From: Octopus vulgaris
Taxonomy: Eukaryota
Assembly (NCBI GenBank): GCA_951406725.2
Contig: OX597819.1
Location: 7,998,001-8,062,000, forward strand
Length of the DNA: 64,000 nucleotides
Reading direction: 5' to 3'
The translations under genes and the position numbers were made by a program. The notes under the pieces are model-generated. The model made no database searches. It was not told where the DNA came from and saw nothing but the letters and a program-made list of their open reading frames with translations. Below, one piece after another: positions 25,230 to 38,679 of the stretch (positions are counted from its first letter, which is position 1; each line of letters starts with the position of its first letter).

Positions 25230-25460
25230 TTCTTTACTACCCACAAGGGGCTAAACACAGAGGGGACAAACAAGGACAGACAAAGGGATTTAGTCGATTA
25301 CATCGACCCCAGTGCGTAACTGGTACTTAATTTATCGACCCCGAAAGGATGAATGGCAAAGTCGACCTCGGCGGAATTTGAACTCAGAACACGTAACGGC
25401 AGACGAAATACGGCTTCGCATTTCGCCCGGCACGCTAACGTTTCTGCCAGCTCGCCGCCT
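25230..25460 (-). mobile_element. SINE family C, well preserved
   Basis: Reverse complement ggcggcgagctggcagaaacgttagc...gagttcaaattcc (B box)...catcctttcggggtcgataaattaagtaccag. Confidence 0.85.
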
Positions 25461-26122
25461 ATATATGTTTGTAAGTATACGTACTTAACAACCTGCATAT
25501 TGACATGCACACATGCATAAATACTTACAAAGATAATGATGATTTCTGATGGTGCATGCAAAGCAACAGTGCATAGGGAGTATTCATTAACATTTTATAC
25601 GAACAGTTCACAACAGAAAACCGAAGAAGAAGAATGCATAAATATGATAAAGAAGTTTCCGTAGAAATAACGACTGGGAGTTGATACATTACAAATGCTT
25701 CCTGGTCTGTGGAAGAAACTTTGTGTTTGGCATTGTTAGTTATCTCCAGGTCAGTTCTGACTACGTAGGCCCCTAATCAAAGATACTGCGTCGTCATCGT
25801 CCATTTTTTAAAATTGTTTATCAAGAACCATATGCCCACGTATTTTTTAAAGAGATTTGGTTAGCATTTCTAGCAGTTCATTACCCTGCATATAATTTCT
25901 ATCTCTTTCTCATCCCTATTCTAGAGATTCTTATGCTTTACATGTTGGAACGAACAGCAAAGCACCTCGTTGTTGCGTACTCTGAGTTTCATGCAAATAT
26001 ACTTGTATTTTATAGAACGTGTGTGGGCTTGTGAATAAATGTATGCATTTGTGAAGGTGTGTGTGATTATGTGTGGAGCGTGTGAGCGTGGATGTTAGTA
26101 CTAGCTTGAATCTTACGATTGA

Positions 26123-26279
26123 ATACTCTCTTTACTCTTTACTCTTTTACTTGTTTCAGTCATTTGACTGCGGCCATGCTGGAGCACCGCCTTTAGTCAA
26201 GCAACTCGACCCCGAGACTTATTCTTTTGTAAGCCCAGTACTTATTCTATCTGTCTCTTTTGCCAAACCGCTAAGTGAC
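26123..26279 (-). mobile_element. SINE family B 3' fragment
   Basis: Tail and 3' body only. Confidence 0.88.
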
Positions 26280-26623
26280 CGCTACAGAATATTTAAGGTC
26301 TAAAGAAGTTTATATTGGTCTTGCTTCGCCCAAAACTCTTGTTTGTATCTACCAAACTCCTTGCAATAATCCGAGCAAAACAAAGAGCTTCCACGTAGAT
26401 CACTTGGTCAGCTAGACACAGCAGTCAAATTTTCTTCAAGTCACATCTTAAGATCTTCAAAATGGACACGTTGAATAACATGCATTTGGTTTGCCCGCAC
26501 ATAGGAAATAGATGCAAAGGGCACCATGAAGCCGTTGGTCATATATCTGCTTTATCAAGGCTGGCATGAGACGAAGCAATAACAGCAATCGTTGCAGCAG
26601 CAGCGGAAAAAAAACATACATAT

Positions 26624-27043
26624 AGGCGCAGGAGTGGCTGTGTGGTAAGTAGCTTGCTAACGAACCACATGGTTCCGGGTTCAGTCCCACTGCGTGGCAT
26701 CTTGGGCAAGTGTCTTCTGCTATAGCCCCGGGCCGACCAATGTCTAGTGAGTGGATTTGGTAGACGGAAACTGAAAGAAGCCCGTCGTATATATGTATAT
26801 ATATATATAACTGTGTATGTATATGTTTGTGTGTCTGTGTTTGTCCCCCTAGCATTGCTTGACAACCGATGCTGGTTGTCAAGCAATGGTTGTCACTTTG
26901 CGGTTCGGCAAAAGAGACCGATAGAATAAGTACTGGGCTTACAAAGAATAAGTCCCGGGGTCGATTTGCTCGACTAAAGGTGGTGCTCCAGCATGGCTGC
27001 AGTCAAATGACTGAAACAAGTAAAAGAGTAAAAGAGTAAGGAG
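26624..27043 (+). mobile_element. SINE family B, full length with small internal rearrangement
   Basis: Matches consensus; short inverted piece (ggttgtcaagcaatg) at ~26874-26888. Confidence 0.9.
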
Positions 27044-27579
27044 TATATGAAACAAGAAAAATATGCCAGTACATTTCCCAAAGTGTTGTGGTAACGTAGC
27101 AATCATTTAGTTTTTTGAATTCTACATATTCTAGGTTCAAATCACACTGGAAAATTTTCATGTCATCTCCCCAATTGCATCGTACAATAAATCCTGGTAA
27201 AACACCGAAGAAAATTTAATTAAATATTCACAAATTGGCCGCGTGCTAACAACATAAAATCGCTTTATCGCAAACTTTAAAAAAAATCAATATATATTTA
27301 TTTTTATTTTTAACAAATTCACAGCTAAAATGATCATCAAAAAGTAATCTTTTCCTTGTTTTCTAGGCAAAATTTGAGATTAATATATCTCGAGACGTCT
27401 ACTAAATCTACACTCTTCTCCTCTCCAACCTTTTTTTTTATGCTTCTGATTTATTTGTCATCTGATATATTTGATGAAGACACGCTTTCTCTAACCATCG
27501 ATACTTCAGGCTTAAAGAACCACACAGAATTGAAGAAACCGGAGATCGTAGCGTTTCTAATGGGGGATATGATACCACC

Positions 27580-27801
27580 TTCTTCTTCTTCTTCTTCTTC
27601 TTCTTCTTCTTCTTCTTCTTCTTCTTCTTCTTCTTCTTCTTCTTCTTCTTCTTCTTCTTCTTCTTCTTCTTCTTCTTCTTCTCCTCCTTCTCCTCCTCCC
27701 CCTTCTTCTTCTTGCTTGTTGTTGTTGTCGTCGTCGTCGTCGTCATCATCATCCTCCTCCTCCTCATCATCATCACCATCATCATTATCATCATCGTCGT
27801 C

Positions 27802-27846
<45 letters not shown>
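27580..27846. repeat. compound trinucleotide microsatellite (TTC/TCC/TTG/TCG/TCA/TTA)
   Basis: Visible; explains the poly-S, poly-K and poly-I ORFs. Confidence 0.95.
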
Positions 27847-27847
<1 letters not shown>

Positions 27848-27975
27848 CGCCGAGGTCGTCTTTGCCTTTTATTCTTTCGGTGTCGAGGAAATAATTACTG
27901 TAATTATTGAGGTCGTTGTAGTCAAATTGCTCCCATCCACAAAAAATTTCAGGTTTTGTGGTTGTAGTAGAAAGG

Positions 27976-28029
<54 letters not shown>

Positions 28030-28031
<2 letters not shown>

Positions 28032-28340
28032 TTACTTTTATCGTGCTGTAACTGCATTAACGAGCGCATCTCTCTGTGCCTTGGTTATGTGCTCTGGTTT
28101 GTTGTGATGCTCTTTCTTTTACTGTATTGAAAGTGTTTTACGTAGGATGTATGTAGTGCCGATAGTGCTATTTTCTGTATGTTGGTGTTCCTGGTGTTTT
28201 TCTTATATATTTTTCTGAATATTTTTTTCATCATACCTAATGCGTCCACTATGATAGGAATTGTTTCTGCTTAAAAACTCCGCATTCGAGTTACCTCTAT
28301 TACCAGATCTTTGTATTTTGAAAGTTTCTCTGTTTCTTTA
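28030..28340 (-). mobile_element. diverged Dong/R4 3' end next to (TTA)n
   Basis: YKDLVIEVTRM, ETIPIIVDALG and HILRKTLSIQ homologous to the 43.2 and 45.1 kb copies; (TTA)n at 27977-28030. Confidence 0.8.
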
Positions 28341-28462
28341 TTGAAACAAGATACAAGGGCAACTAATGCGAGCGTACACATGCACTCCTGACCCCTTCAT
28401 ATACATACACGCTTGCAATAGAGATATGTACGCATGTACAAACATACACTCATACACAAGTG

Positions 28463-28493
<31 letters not shown>

Positions 28494-28559
28494 TCATAAA
28501 CACTTGCATACACCCCGAAATTTAATTGCTTATGGTTGTCCCCTGAATCCTTCAGTTGT

Positions 28560-29400
28560 GAAGCCTTAACGTTGTTACGCTGTATCATTCCTACGTGACA
28601 TATAAAAGTTTGTCCTGAGTGGCACCGTATCTGTGTGCACGCCTTCTTCATTACTTCTGGTAGTGCTGAGAGTGTATTTCCTCCTTATTTTCAATATTTC
28701 TTCAGCTGTACGATCCCCTGGAGGCGCAATGGCCCAGTGGTTAGGGCAGCGGTCGTAGGATCGCGGTTTCGATTTCCAGACCGGGCATTGTGAGTGTTTA
28801 TTGAGCGAAAACATCTAAAGCTCCACGAGGCTCCGGCAGGGGATGGTGGTGAACCCTGCTGTACGCCTTCACCACAACTTTCTCTCACTCTTTCTTCCTG
28901 TTTCTGTTGTACCTGTATTTCAAAGGGCCGGCCTTGTCACTCTCTGTGTCACGCTGAATATCCCCGAGAACTACGTTAAGGGTACACGTGTCTGTGGAAT
29001 GCTCAGCCACTTGCACGTTAATTCCACGAGCAAGCTGTTCCGTTGATCGTATCAGCTGGGACCCTCATCGTCGTAACCGACGGAGTGCTCCTATTACGAT
29101 CCCCAATCTGAAATGCAAGTAGCGATGTTTTCTCCTCTTGAAGGGTTGATACTAGCCTCCTTCAAAGTTTTTTTCGGCTGGTCTTAGACAACACCTATAG
29201 TCCTCAAGACAAGCGTTGGCTTTTATGGAACTGGCCGTAGAGGATCCGGTGGATGAGATGCATGTAAGATATGCATACTACATATCCGAGCCATCTAAGT
29301 TCATGTCAGTTGTGTGAATCCTATGGTACTGACGTTTGATCGACAGAGCATTTCTTCGTTCGTAACTTATCTCACCAAGTGATCGAAAGAAACTTCCTGG
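28560..29400 (-). pseudogene. degenerate RTE/BovB-like LINE 3' remnant, split by a SINE A
   Basis: Minus strand ELRWLGYVVCI...RILYGQF...LKEASINP resembles LRWLGHV...LLYGEL; boundaries approximate. Confidence 0.6.
28720..29094 (+). mobile_element. SINE family A with short deletion in head
   Basis: TSD tacgatcccc at 28709-28718 and 29095-29104. Confidence 0.93.
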
Positions 29401-29716
29401 GACATTGGATGTAAAAAAGCCGTAATGGGTTGGCTACATGTTGACCATGCCCACACAGAGGACGAAATGATAGTATGATGTGTGGCTGACGAAAACTACT
29501 CAATACAGGTGAACCTTAGATTAAGGTTTGAGAATATAGTTTAGAAAGACTCACTTTCCAAAGAGTGCAGAAACATGCTCAAATACCCACATATATACAG
29601 AGGCAGCCACACATCATACTATCATTCTCATTTATATTCACTTGGATAAACAAAAGATGTCAGATTCAACAGCGGGGTGTTACATGTGCTTTCCATTTGA
29701 ATGATAGAGATAGCGT

Positions 29717-29886
29717 GCGCAGGAGTGGCTGTGTGGTAAGTAGCTTGCTAACCAACCACATGGTTCCGGGTTCAGTCCCACTGCGTGGCATCTTGGGCAA
29801 GTGTTTTCTGCTATAGCCCCGGGCCGACCAATGCCTTGTGAGTGGATTTGGTAGACGCAAACTGAAAGAAGCCTGTCGTATATATG

Positions 29887-29917
<31 letters not shown>

Positions 29918-30127
29918 TTGTGTGTCTATGTTTGTCCCCCTAGCATTGCTTGACAACCGATGCTGGTGTGTTTACGTCCCCGTCACTTAGCGGTTCGGCA
30001 AAAGAGACCGATAGAATAAGTACTGGGCTTACAAAGAATAAGTCCCGGGGTCGATTTGCTCGACTAAAGGTGGTGCTACAGCATGGCCGCAGTCAAATGA
30101 CTGAAACAAGTAAAAGAGTAAAGAGTA
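29717..30127 (+). mobile_element. SINE family B, full length
   Basis: Matches consensus. Confidence 0.92.
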
Positions 30128-31047
30128 TAGCCAGACCATATATAGGTTGAAAGATATAGCGGTACCTATTTCAATATCAACTCATAATAACCGTATAATA
30201 TAATATTAGACAGGAATGGAAAGGATGGTTCCTTTATCTGTGAAAAATTTTGCAGACTGATGAGACTGATGCAGTTGATTCTTACCTTAAAGCGTCTGAA
30301 AGAAATGTGAATCCGCTAAACGACGCTCCCAAACCAAGTGTTGACATTTTGCTCCGTTTTAGCTTTAATGGAGCAAACCTGTGATCAAAAGTACTCCATC
30401 CAAGATCATCCTGCATTTTTAAAGATATATTGTTATATAAGATTATCAACTCTTGAACGTTGTTTGTGATAGTGTGTGACAAAGAGTCGTGTTGGGCAAC
30501 ATTGCAATAGTATATAGTTGCGCGTGCGTGTGTGTGTGTGTGTGAGTGTGTGTATACGCGTGTGCGTGTGTGTGTGTGAGTGTGTGTGTATACGCGTGTG
30601 CGTGTGTGTGAGAAATAGTGAGAGTAAGGCGGAGAATGAGAGAGAGAAAGAGAAAGAGAGTGAGAGAGATTGAGAGAGTTTGAGAGATAGATAGAGAGAG
30701 TGTGCGTGTGTGTGTGAGAGAGAGAGAGAGAGAGAATCTCACAATTTATTAGAGACAGTTTTTGTAGAGTGCATTTAGATTAAATTAACTAAGCTGTGCA
30801 CATCCCACACTTAAAAGAGACAAAAGGCTGGTGTATGTCAGAAAACTTGAATTTAAGACATGTCGGCTAACGAAATACTGATACAGTCACAGAGTGGATA
30901 GTATATTTACGAATTAAGAAACATGGTTCCCAAGGGCAGGACACGAGTCGTAGACCCGGCACTAAGCACATTAACTCCTCTATAGATTTGGTCTGCAATG
31001 TTTAACCGTATTCACGATGTTCATGATATTTCATTCAAATTGCAGCA

Positions 31048-31443
31048 TCTTTATATTTAAAAATCAAGTTGTGTGTCTGTCTCCTACGATTTAGATTCCT
31101 AACTACTCTCACATTTTGCGGTGCAGTTTAACCAAAACCGGGTATCTTATAGTCGTGATTCATATCGAGCCCTTCTGGGTATTAGCATGCGTCTACAATG
31201 AGTCTACGATTTAAAAAAAATTTACCATCATTTTTTCCCATTTTTAATACATTTTTTGCTATTATATAAGGGAAGTAACTCTCTAAAAATGTATTATTAA
31301 ATCTCAGAACGTAAAAAGCTACAGTAACACCCCCCACCTTTGTGGTTAGCCATATTGAGATGGCTGTTATACTTTACATCTCTAAAAATGCTTATATAGT
31401 TATTTCCCTTACAAACCCGAGCAACGCCGGAGGATACTCCTAG
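31048..31443 (+). mobile_element. non-autonomous Helitron, copy 3
   Basis: A|TC...hairpin-CTAG|T; homologous to the other two copies. Confidence 0.85.
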
Positions 31444-32029
31444 TATACTTATAAAATTCTTTCTTTCTGTTTTGCTTTTTGGAACGGTCACACTCGAAGC
31501 ACATAAAGCTATGAATAACAGCATTTTAATATTGGGTTAAAAAACCTCTTTGATAGATGAAGTAAGAGCCTGCAACTGGATTCCAAAGACATTTTAAACC
31601 AATATTTACGCACTATTATTTATAGCTTTAGCTGCTTCGAGATTCACGGTTACAAAAAAAAAGAACAAAAAAAAAACTAAAAGCCAAAACAAAACAAAAA
31701 CAAAAAAATCACTTCACGTTCTTGAACTTCCTAAATTCTTATGATGTAATCAATCATGAAGTAGTTGAAAGTTATATTGGGCAATGATGTTTGAAGACAA
31801 CAGCGGAATGGTCAGGTAAGGTTTCTCTATTAGGGTTAGCATGATGCTAAACAACAGTACTACAGTGAGTATTATACATCATATAATGTGTTGAGACCCA
31901 TTTAGATGAAACGTATACGAGCGTTTACAGGACACACAAGAATGGTTACACGTTGACTTCTGCGGACAAGCGTGAAGCCGAGGCTTACTTTCAGATAACG
32001 TCCATCTATTTATTGCTCATTGACAATAC

Positions 32030-32620
<591 letters not shown>

Positions 32621-35543
32621 TCATCTGTACATAGTAACAGTATGTACACACAAAGAAATAGAGTAACAAAGAGAGAGGGAAGAGTGATAGACACATTCAC
32701 ACAGAGGATATACTGTTTGTTTCTTGATACGCGTATGCTAGTGTGTGTGCGTGTGTATGATACGTGTGTGTGTACATATATATGCGTGGATGTACGTGTG
32801 CGTATATATATAAATATATATATCTACACACACATATATATCTGCGTATGTATGTAAATAGACTCACAGACATAAATATATATACATGTATGTATATCTA
32901 TGTATGCATATATCTAGATATCTAAATATATCCAGCTATCTATCCATATCTACCTGAATATACGTGTGCGCGTGCGTGTATGTTTATTTTTGTGTGTGTA
33001 TATATATGTGTGTGTGTGTGTGTCTTTGGTGTGTGTTTATGTTCTTGTATGTGTCTCCATCGAGCATCTGCATCACAAATGCTACATGGTAGGGTTCTTT
33101 TCTGGTTGTTTAATCCGTAACATGCTAACTCTTTCACATAACGCTGATAGACAATGGATCATATAAAATCTGATATTTCCCCAAACTCTTATTTTCCTTC
33201 TTCCACCGCTGCCACTTTCTATTCAAATATTGATCATTCCATCATTGTCACCAAAATACTGCTGCCTCACACCACAACGCTATTCCGTCCATAAATCACC
33301 CGCGCAATGCATTGGATGCGACGAAATGTGTGTCACTTGGATTAATTAAACTTTTCTGACAGAGACCAAATGCATAAATCTCTTTCAATACCAAGAAAAT
33401 GTCAAGAAAAAGTGGAGGAGAGGATTATTAAACTTCTGCACATATCGCTTAAACAATGACTTTGAAACGAATATCGTTATTCCGACAAGATGGCCGCCCG
33501 TTCTAAGTCTGTTAAAGTCGACTAATTTCCTAACGACTCCTGAATGCAGGGAGTGGTCGGGAGAAAGAATGTTATCGAGAACGTCTTAATATCCTATATG
33601 AATTTAGCTACTTATCGTCAAAATATTGATTCCTTACATAAGTGCAAGGTCAATACGCTTCTGCAACAGAAGCGTATTACAAACTGTAAGCACTGTGGTT
33701 TCATTGAAGAATTTGCTCTTTGGGTTCGCTGAAAGCAATAATTACTAATTCCTTCCAAGCCTTCATGTATCTGTTGTTATTTTGTTTGTTTAACCCTTTT
33801 TTGAATACTTTGCTATTTCTTGCGGACTTAACGAACATTGAAAGGTTCCGATAGAGAAATTTCAATCTTTGTGAAGCAGAAGCATTAATAAACTCAATTA
33901 ATGAAAGGCAAAGCAATACAGCTGCCCAGTACATTACTGGTGCTTTTTTTTTTTTAGCTTGATGTGGAAGTAGAGGGTGTTCTCATAGTTCTCTTTGGCC
34001 TCTTTGATTCCGACGAAGTCGATATGATCAACCTTTTCTCTAAACAGTTACATTCGCTTAAGGATACGTAATTAATGGCTGAAATGTAAGGTTGAAACTC
34101 CTTAGAATTGAATTCCAAACAAAGAAAAATGAGATAAAGCAGTGCAATATACTCAGTTCAACAAATACCTCAGTGTTTATTTACTGATACTCTTTCCTTA
34201 TTGGACAAGACTTCGACAGTTAAAATCTAAATTTAAAGCAGTGACAAAATACAAACAGAATAATGGTACCGAAGTCAACATTGGTGTTCAACCACAAAAC
34301 TTGATATTACATTTTCAATATTTTAGCGAACCAGATGCCCCACATAAGGGCATGAGGAGAATGTGGATGAATAAATCTAGCGAATAAGAGCAACAACATA
34401 TGGTAGTGGAACAACAGGCCTTCATCACTAAAGATATTGAAAGCAATTCGTGCAATATAGATGGCAAACGTCATTCACGAAGTATATATATTTTATATAT
34501 AGAGAGTAATACAGTAATACAACAGTAATACGATAAAGCATATCAAGATATACAACATATTAGCTTCGATGCAATGATGTTAGCAAAGCTTTGCTAAATA
34601 CACATGAAGCCGCCAAGCTCCAACCTCTCATATGAACAGCCGCCTGTCTACAAAAATGGCAACGTAGATACCACCATCGTCGTTGTTATCGTCGTCGTCG
34701 TTGTCGTCGTCGTCGTCGTCATCATCATCATCATCATCATCAACAACAACAACAACAACAAACTATGCTAATTAATTTGCTGTATTCATAGTCATGGTCA
34801 TTTTTCTGGAATTATAATAAATACAATTAATTCCACCACTTTTGCTAACTATTATTTTTTGTTTTCGTTCTCAATATACTGAGTTCAAAACCTCGCTCAG
34901 ATTTGTGCCTTTGCCTTCTGTCAATGTATAAACATCGTTTAAAGTATGTATAAGCCGTGTAATGGGTTAATGAAAATTATAAAAGACAAGTTGGAAAAAC
35001 GACACATGAAAAGAAAAGAAAAAATGTCAATGAGGATAGGTAAATTAGATAACAATGAAAGGGGATAGAAAGCTTTCTAAAAATACGAAAGAGGGAAAAG
35101 AGAGACAGAGAGAGAGAGAGAGAAGGCGAGAGAGAGAGAAGGCGAGAGAGAGGGGGAGGAGAGAGTGAAAGTGTGTGGGGGTAATCGACAGGAGACAATC
35201 ATAAAATAGAATACATAAATAGCCGAGATAAATGGCTACACAAGAAGACAAGGAAACATTGAAAAAGAAATGAGTAAAGCAAAGGAACAGCATACAAACA
35301 AAGAGATATAAAAGCGAAATAATAATACAAAAGAAAACACGGAGAAAAGAACAAAAAGAACAAAAGTTTATTGCCAAGAAATTGATGTAAAAAGTCCAAG
35401 TTGCTAAAAAGAGAGAGAGAAAAATGGCTGCGAAGAGAATATGAAATTACAAACAAGAAAAAACAAGAAGAGCAATGACAGATATTAAGAATGCACGCAC
35501 GTATGCACTTATATACAAACAGGCATACATACGTATACGCGTA

Positions 35544-35544
<1 letters not shown>

Positions 35545-35582
<38 letters not shown>

Positions 35583-35815
35583 CAAATAAATTCATTTATT
35601 GGTTACTTACAAAAATAATAGTAATAACGATTATTGATATAAACATACATTTATGTGAAAAATGTGTGTGTATGTATGTATGTATGTACATGTGCGTATA
35701 TATGTTTGTGTGTGTGTGTGCATATATATATATATAAATATATATATATTATATATATATATATATATATACATATACATACATATATATTTATATATAT
35801 ATGTTAGTATATATG

Positions 35816-35850
<35 letters not shown>

Positions 35851-35868
35851 GTTAGTATGTATGTATGT

Positions 35869-35905
<37 letters not shown>

Positions 35906-35985
35906 TGTATATCTACATATATATATATAACTTCTGTGCAGGGATAGGTATATATAGGTATATATAGGTATATATAGGTATATAT

Positions 35986-36028
<43 letters not shown>

Positions 36029-36036
36029 TATATATC

Positions 36037-36080
<44 letters not shown>
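35545..36080. repeat. (TG)n/(TA)n low-complexity tract
   Basis: Visible tandem repeats. Confidence 0.9.
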
Positions 36081-36085
<5 letters not shown>

Positions 36086-36485
36086 CGTACTCGCACTTAC
36101 AGGCGCATAAGCAAATACATACATATACACACACATGCATACACACACATATAAAAACACACGCACACACGCGCAAAGTCATATATACATGCATAGACGG
36201 ATTGAAAATGACATGAAGTATTAGAATAATACATATGTATGTATGTATTATGTATCTATCTATCTGTCAATCTATCTATCTATCCCTGTATATGGCTGTG
36301 TATGTGTTTGTGTGTGTGTGTGTGCTCGAAAATAAATATCCTGCTATACTTATCTCTGGATATATTATAAGGCTCATATGACCACACGCCACATTAGTAT
36401 CTGTAACTTTATTGGCGTTTCATTAGCAGCCGCTTTTTTTTCTTTTTGTTATTGGTCTCGATGTCTGCACTTCGCAAAACCCTTA

Positions 36486-36675
36486 TACTCTCTTTTACTC
36501 TTTTACTTGTTTCAGTCATTTGACTGTGGCCATGCTGGAGCACCGCCATTAGTCGAGCAAATCGACCCCGGGACTTATTCTTTGTAAGCCCAGTACTTAT
36601 TCTATCGGTCTCTTTTGCCGAACCGCTAAGTGACGGGGACGTAAACACGCCAGCATCGGTTGTCAAGCAATGCTA
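36486..36675 (-). mobile_element. SINE family B 3' half
   Basis: Matches consensus tail. Confidence 0.9.
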
Positions 36676-36839
36676 TTTCACTAGGTCATCAGGCTACTCT
36701 GAACCTTTTATAGAAAAGCAAAGTTGATCTTGCCAGAATATGAATTCAGCACGCAGATAGTGTGTGTGTGGATGTGGGTGTACATACAGCTACACGGAAA
36801 AAATAAAACTTCACTTAATACATATATTTAACAACAATA

Positions 36840-37452
36840 TTTCTTTGTAGTAATAGGCACAATGCCTGCAATTTATAAGGGAGGGGGCAGTCGATTACAT
36901 CGATCTAGTTCTTCACTGGTGGTGGAAGCACTCCGTCGGTTACGACGACGAGGGTTCCGGTTGATCCGAATCAACGGAACAGCCTGCTCGTGAAATTAAC
37001 GTGTAAGTGGCTGAGCACCCCACAGGCACGTGTACCCTTAACGTAGTTCTCGGGGGATATTCAGCGTGACACAGAGAGTGACAAGGCCGGCCCTTTGAAA
37101 TACAGGTACAACAGAAACAGGAAGTAAGAGTGAGAGAAAGTTGTGGTGAAAGAGTACAGCAGGGATCACCACCATCCCCTGCCGGAGCCTCGTGGAGCTT
37201 TAGGTGTTTTCGCTCAATAAACACTCACAACACCCGGTCTGGGAATCGAAACCGCGATCCTATGACCGCAAGTCCGCTGCCCTAACCACTGGGCCATTGC
37301 GCCTCCACTCTTCACTGGTACTTATTCTATCAATCTCGAAGAATGAAAAGCAAAGTCTACCTCGGCGTAATTTGAAATTAAAACATATAGGCGGACGAAA
37401 TACCACTAAGCATTTTGTAGGCATGCTAACGTTTCTGTTAGTTCGCCGCCTT
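36840..37452 (-). mobile_element. SINE family C, split by a SINE A
   Basis: gtcgattacatcgatc before the insertion; ctggtacttattctatc...gttcgccgcc after it. Confidence 0.75.
36921..37308 (-). mobile_element. SINE family A, full length
   Basis: TSD tcttcactggt at 36910-36920 and 37309-37319. Confidence 0.93.
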
Positions 37453-37542
37453 AACGACAATAAGAATAATAATAGTAGTAACAACAACAGCAACAACAAC
37501 AACAATAATAATACCAACAACATTGGTCTACAAGGTTTTGGG

Positions 37543-37945
37543 TACTCTTTTACTCTTTTACTCTTTTACTTGTTTCAGTCATTTGACTGCGGCCATGCTG
37601 GAGCACCACCTTTAGTCGAGCAAATCGACCCCGGGACTTATTCTTTGTAAGCCCAGTACTTATTCTATCGGTCTCTTTTGCCGAACCGTTAAGTGACGGG
37701 GACGTAAACATACCAGCATCGGTTGTCAAGCAATGCTAGAGGGACAAACACAGACACATAAACATATACACATACATACACATATATACATATATACGAC
37801 AGGCTTCTTTCAGTTTCCGTCTACCAAATCCACTCACAAGGCATTGGTCGACCCGAGGCTATAGCAGAAGACACTTGCTCAAGATGCCACGCAGTGGGAC
37901 TGAACCCAGAACCATGTGGTTGGTAGGCAAGCTACTTACCACACA
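37543..37945 (-). mobile_element. SINE family B
   Basis: Matches consensus. Confidence 0.92.
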
Positions 37946-38160
37946 CACATCATTCCTATACAAAATCGGTCTCCTGAATTCAAAAATAACCTCTTTTTTG
38001 ACCTGGTCTTTAAGGTAGTGGATCTAGTTTTTAAGTTCGTGAATATCCCTATAGTCACTATGTATGTGTGTACGTCCAGTACGCAGTGTTCGTTGCCTTT
38101 TTCTAATTCTAAGTTTTTTTTTCCTTTTTCCATGCTTTTTAGATGTTGTGAACTGAGCAA

Positions 38161-38677
38161 TACTCTCTTCTTCTCTTCTACTTGTTTCAGTCATTTGACT
38201 GTGGCCATGCTAGAGCACCGCCTTTAGTCGATCAAATCGACCCCAGGACTTATTCTTTGTAAGCCTAGTACTTATTCTATCGGTCTCTTTTGCCGAACCG
38301 CTAAGTGACGGGGACGTAAACACACCAACATCGGCTGTCAAGCGATGTTGGGGGACAAACACAGACGTACTAACACACACACACATATATATATATATAT
38401 GTATATATACATATTTACACATATATACATATATATATATATACATATACATGTATATATATATATATATACATGCACATATACACATATATACACACAC
38501 ATACATACATATATATGACGGGCTTCTTTCACTTTCCGTCTACCATATCCACTCACAAGGCTTTGGTCAACACGAGTTTATAGTAGAAGACACTTGCCCA
38601 AGGTGCCACGCAGTGGGACTGAACCCGGAACCCTGTTGTTCGTCAGCAAGCTACTTACCACACAGCCACTCCTGCGT
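38161..38677 (-). mobile_element. SINE family B with expanded internal microsatellite
   Basis: Matches consensus; roughly 140-bp internal TA/CA tract. Confidence 0.9.
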
Positions 38678-38679
38678 CT

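Noticed and set aside
27356-27910. 184-aa Ser-rich ORF and antisense poly-Lys ORF
   Set aside because: Read-through of trinucleotide microsatellites; no recognisable domain.
30276-30310. Possible 10-nt minus-strand microexon (ttctttcag/acgctttaag/gtaag)
   Set aside because: Splice-like motifs alone are expected by chance; needs RNA-seq.
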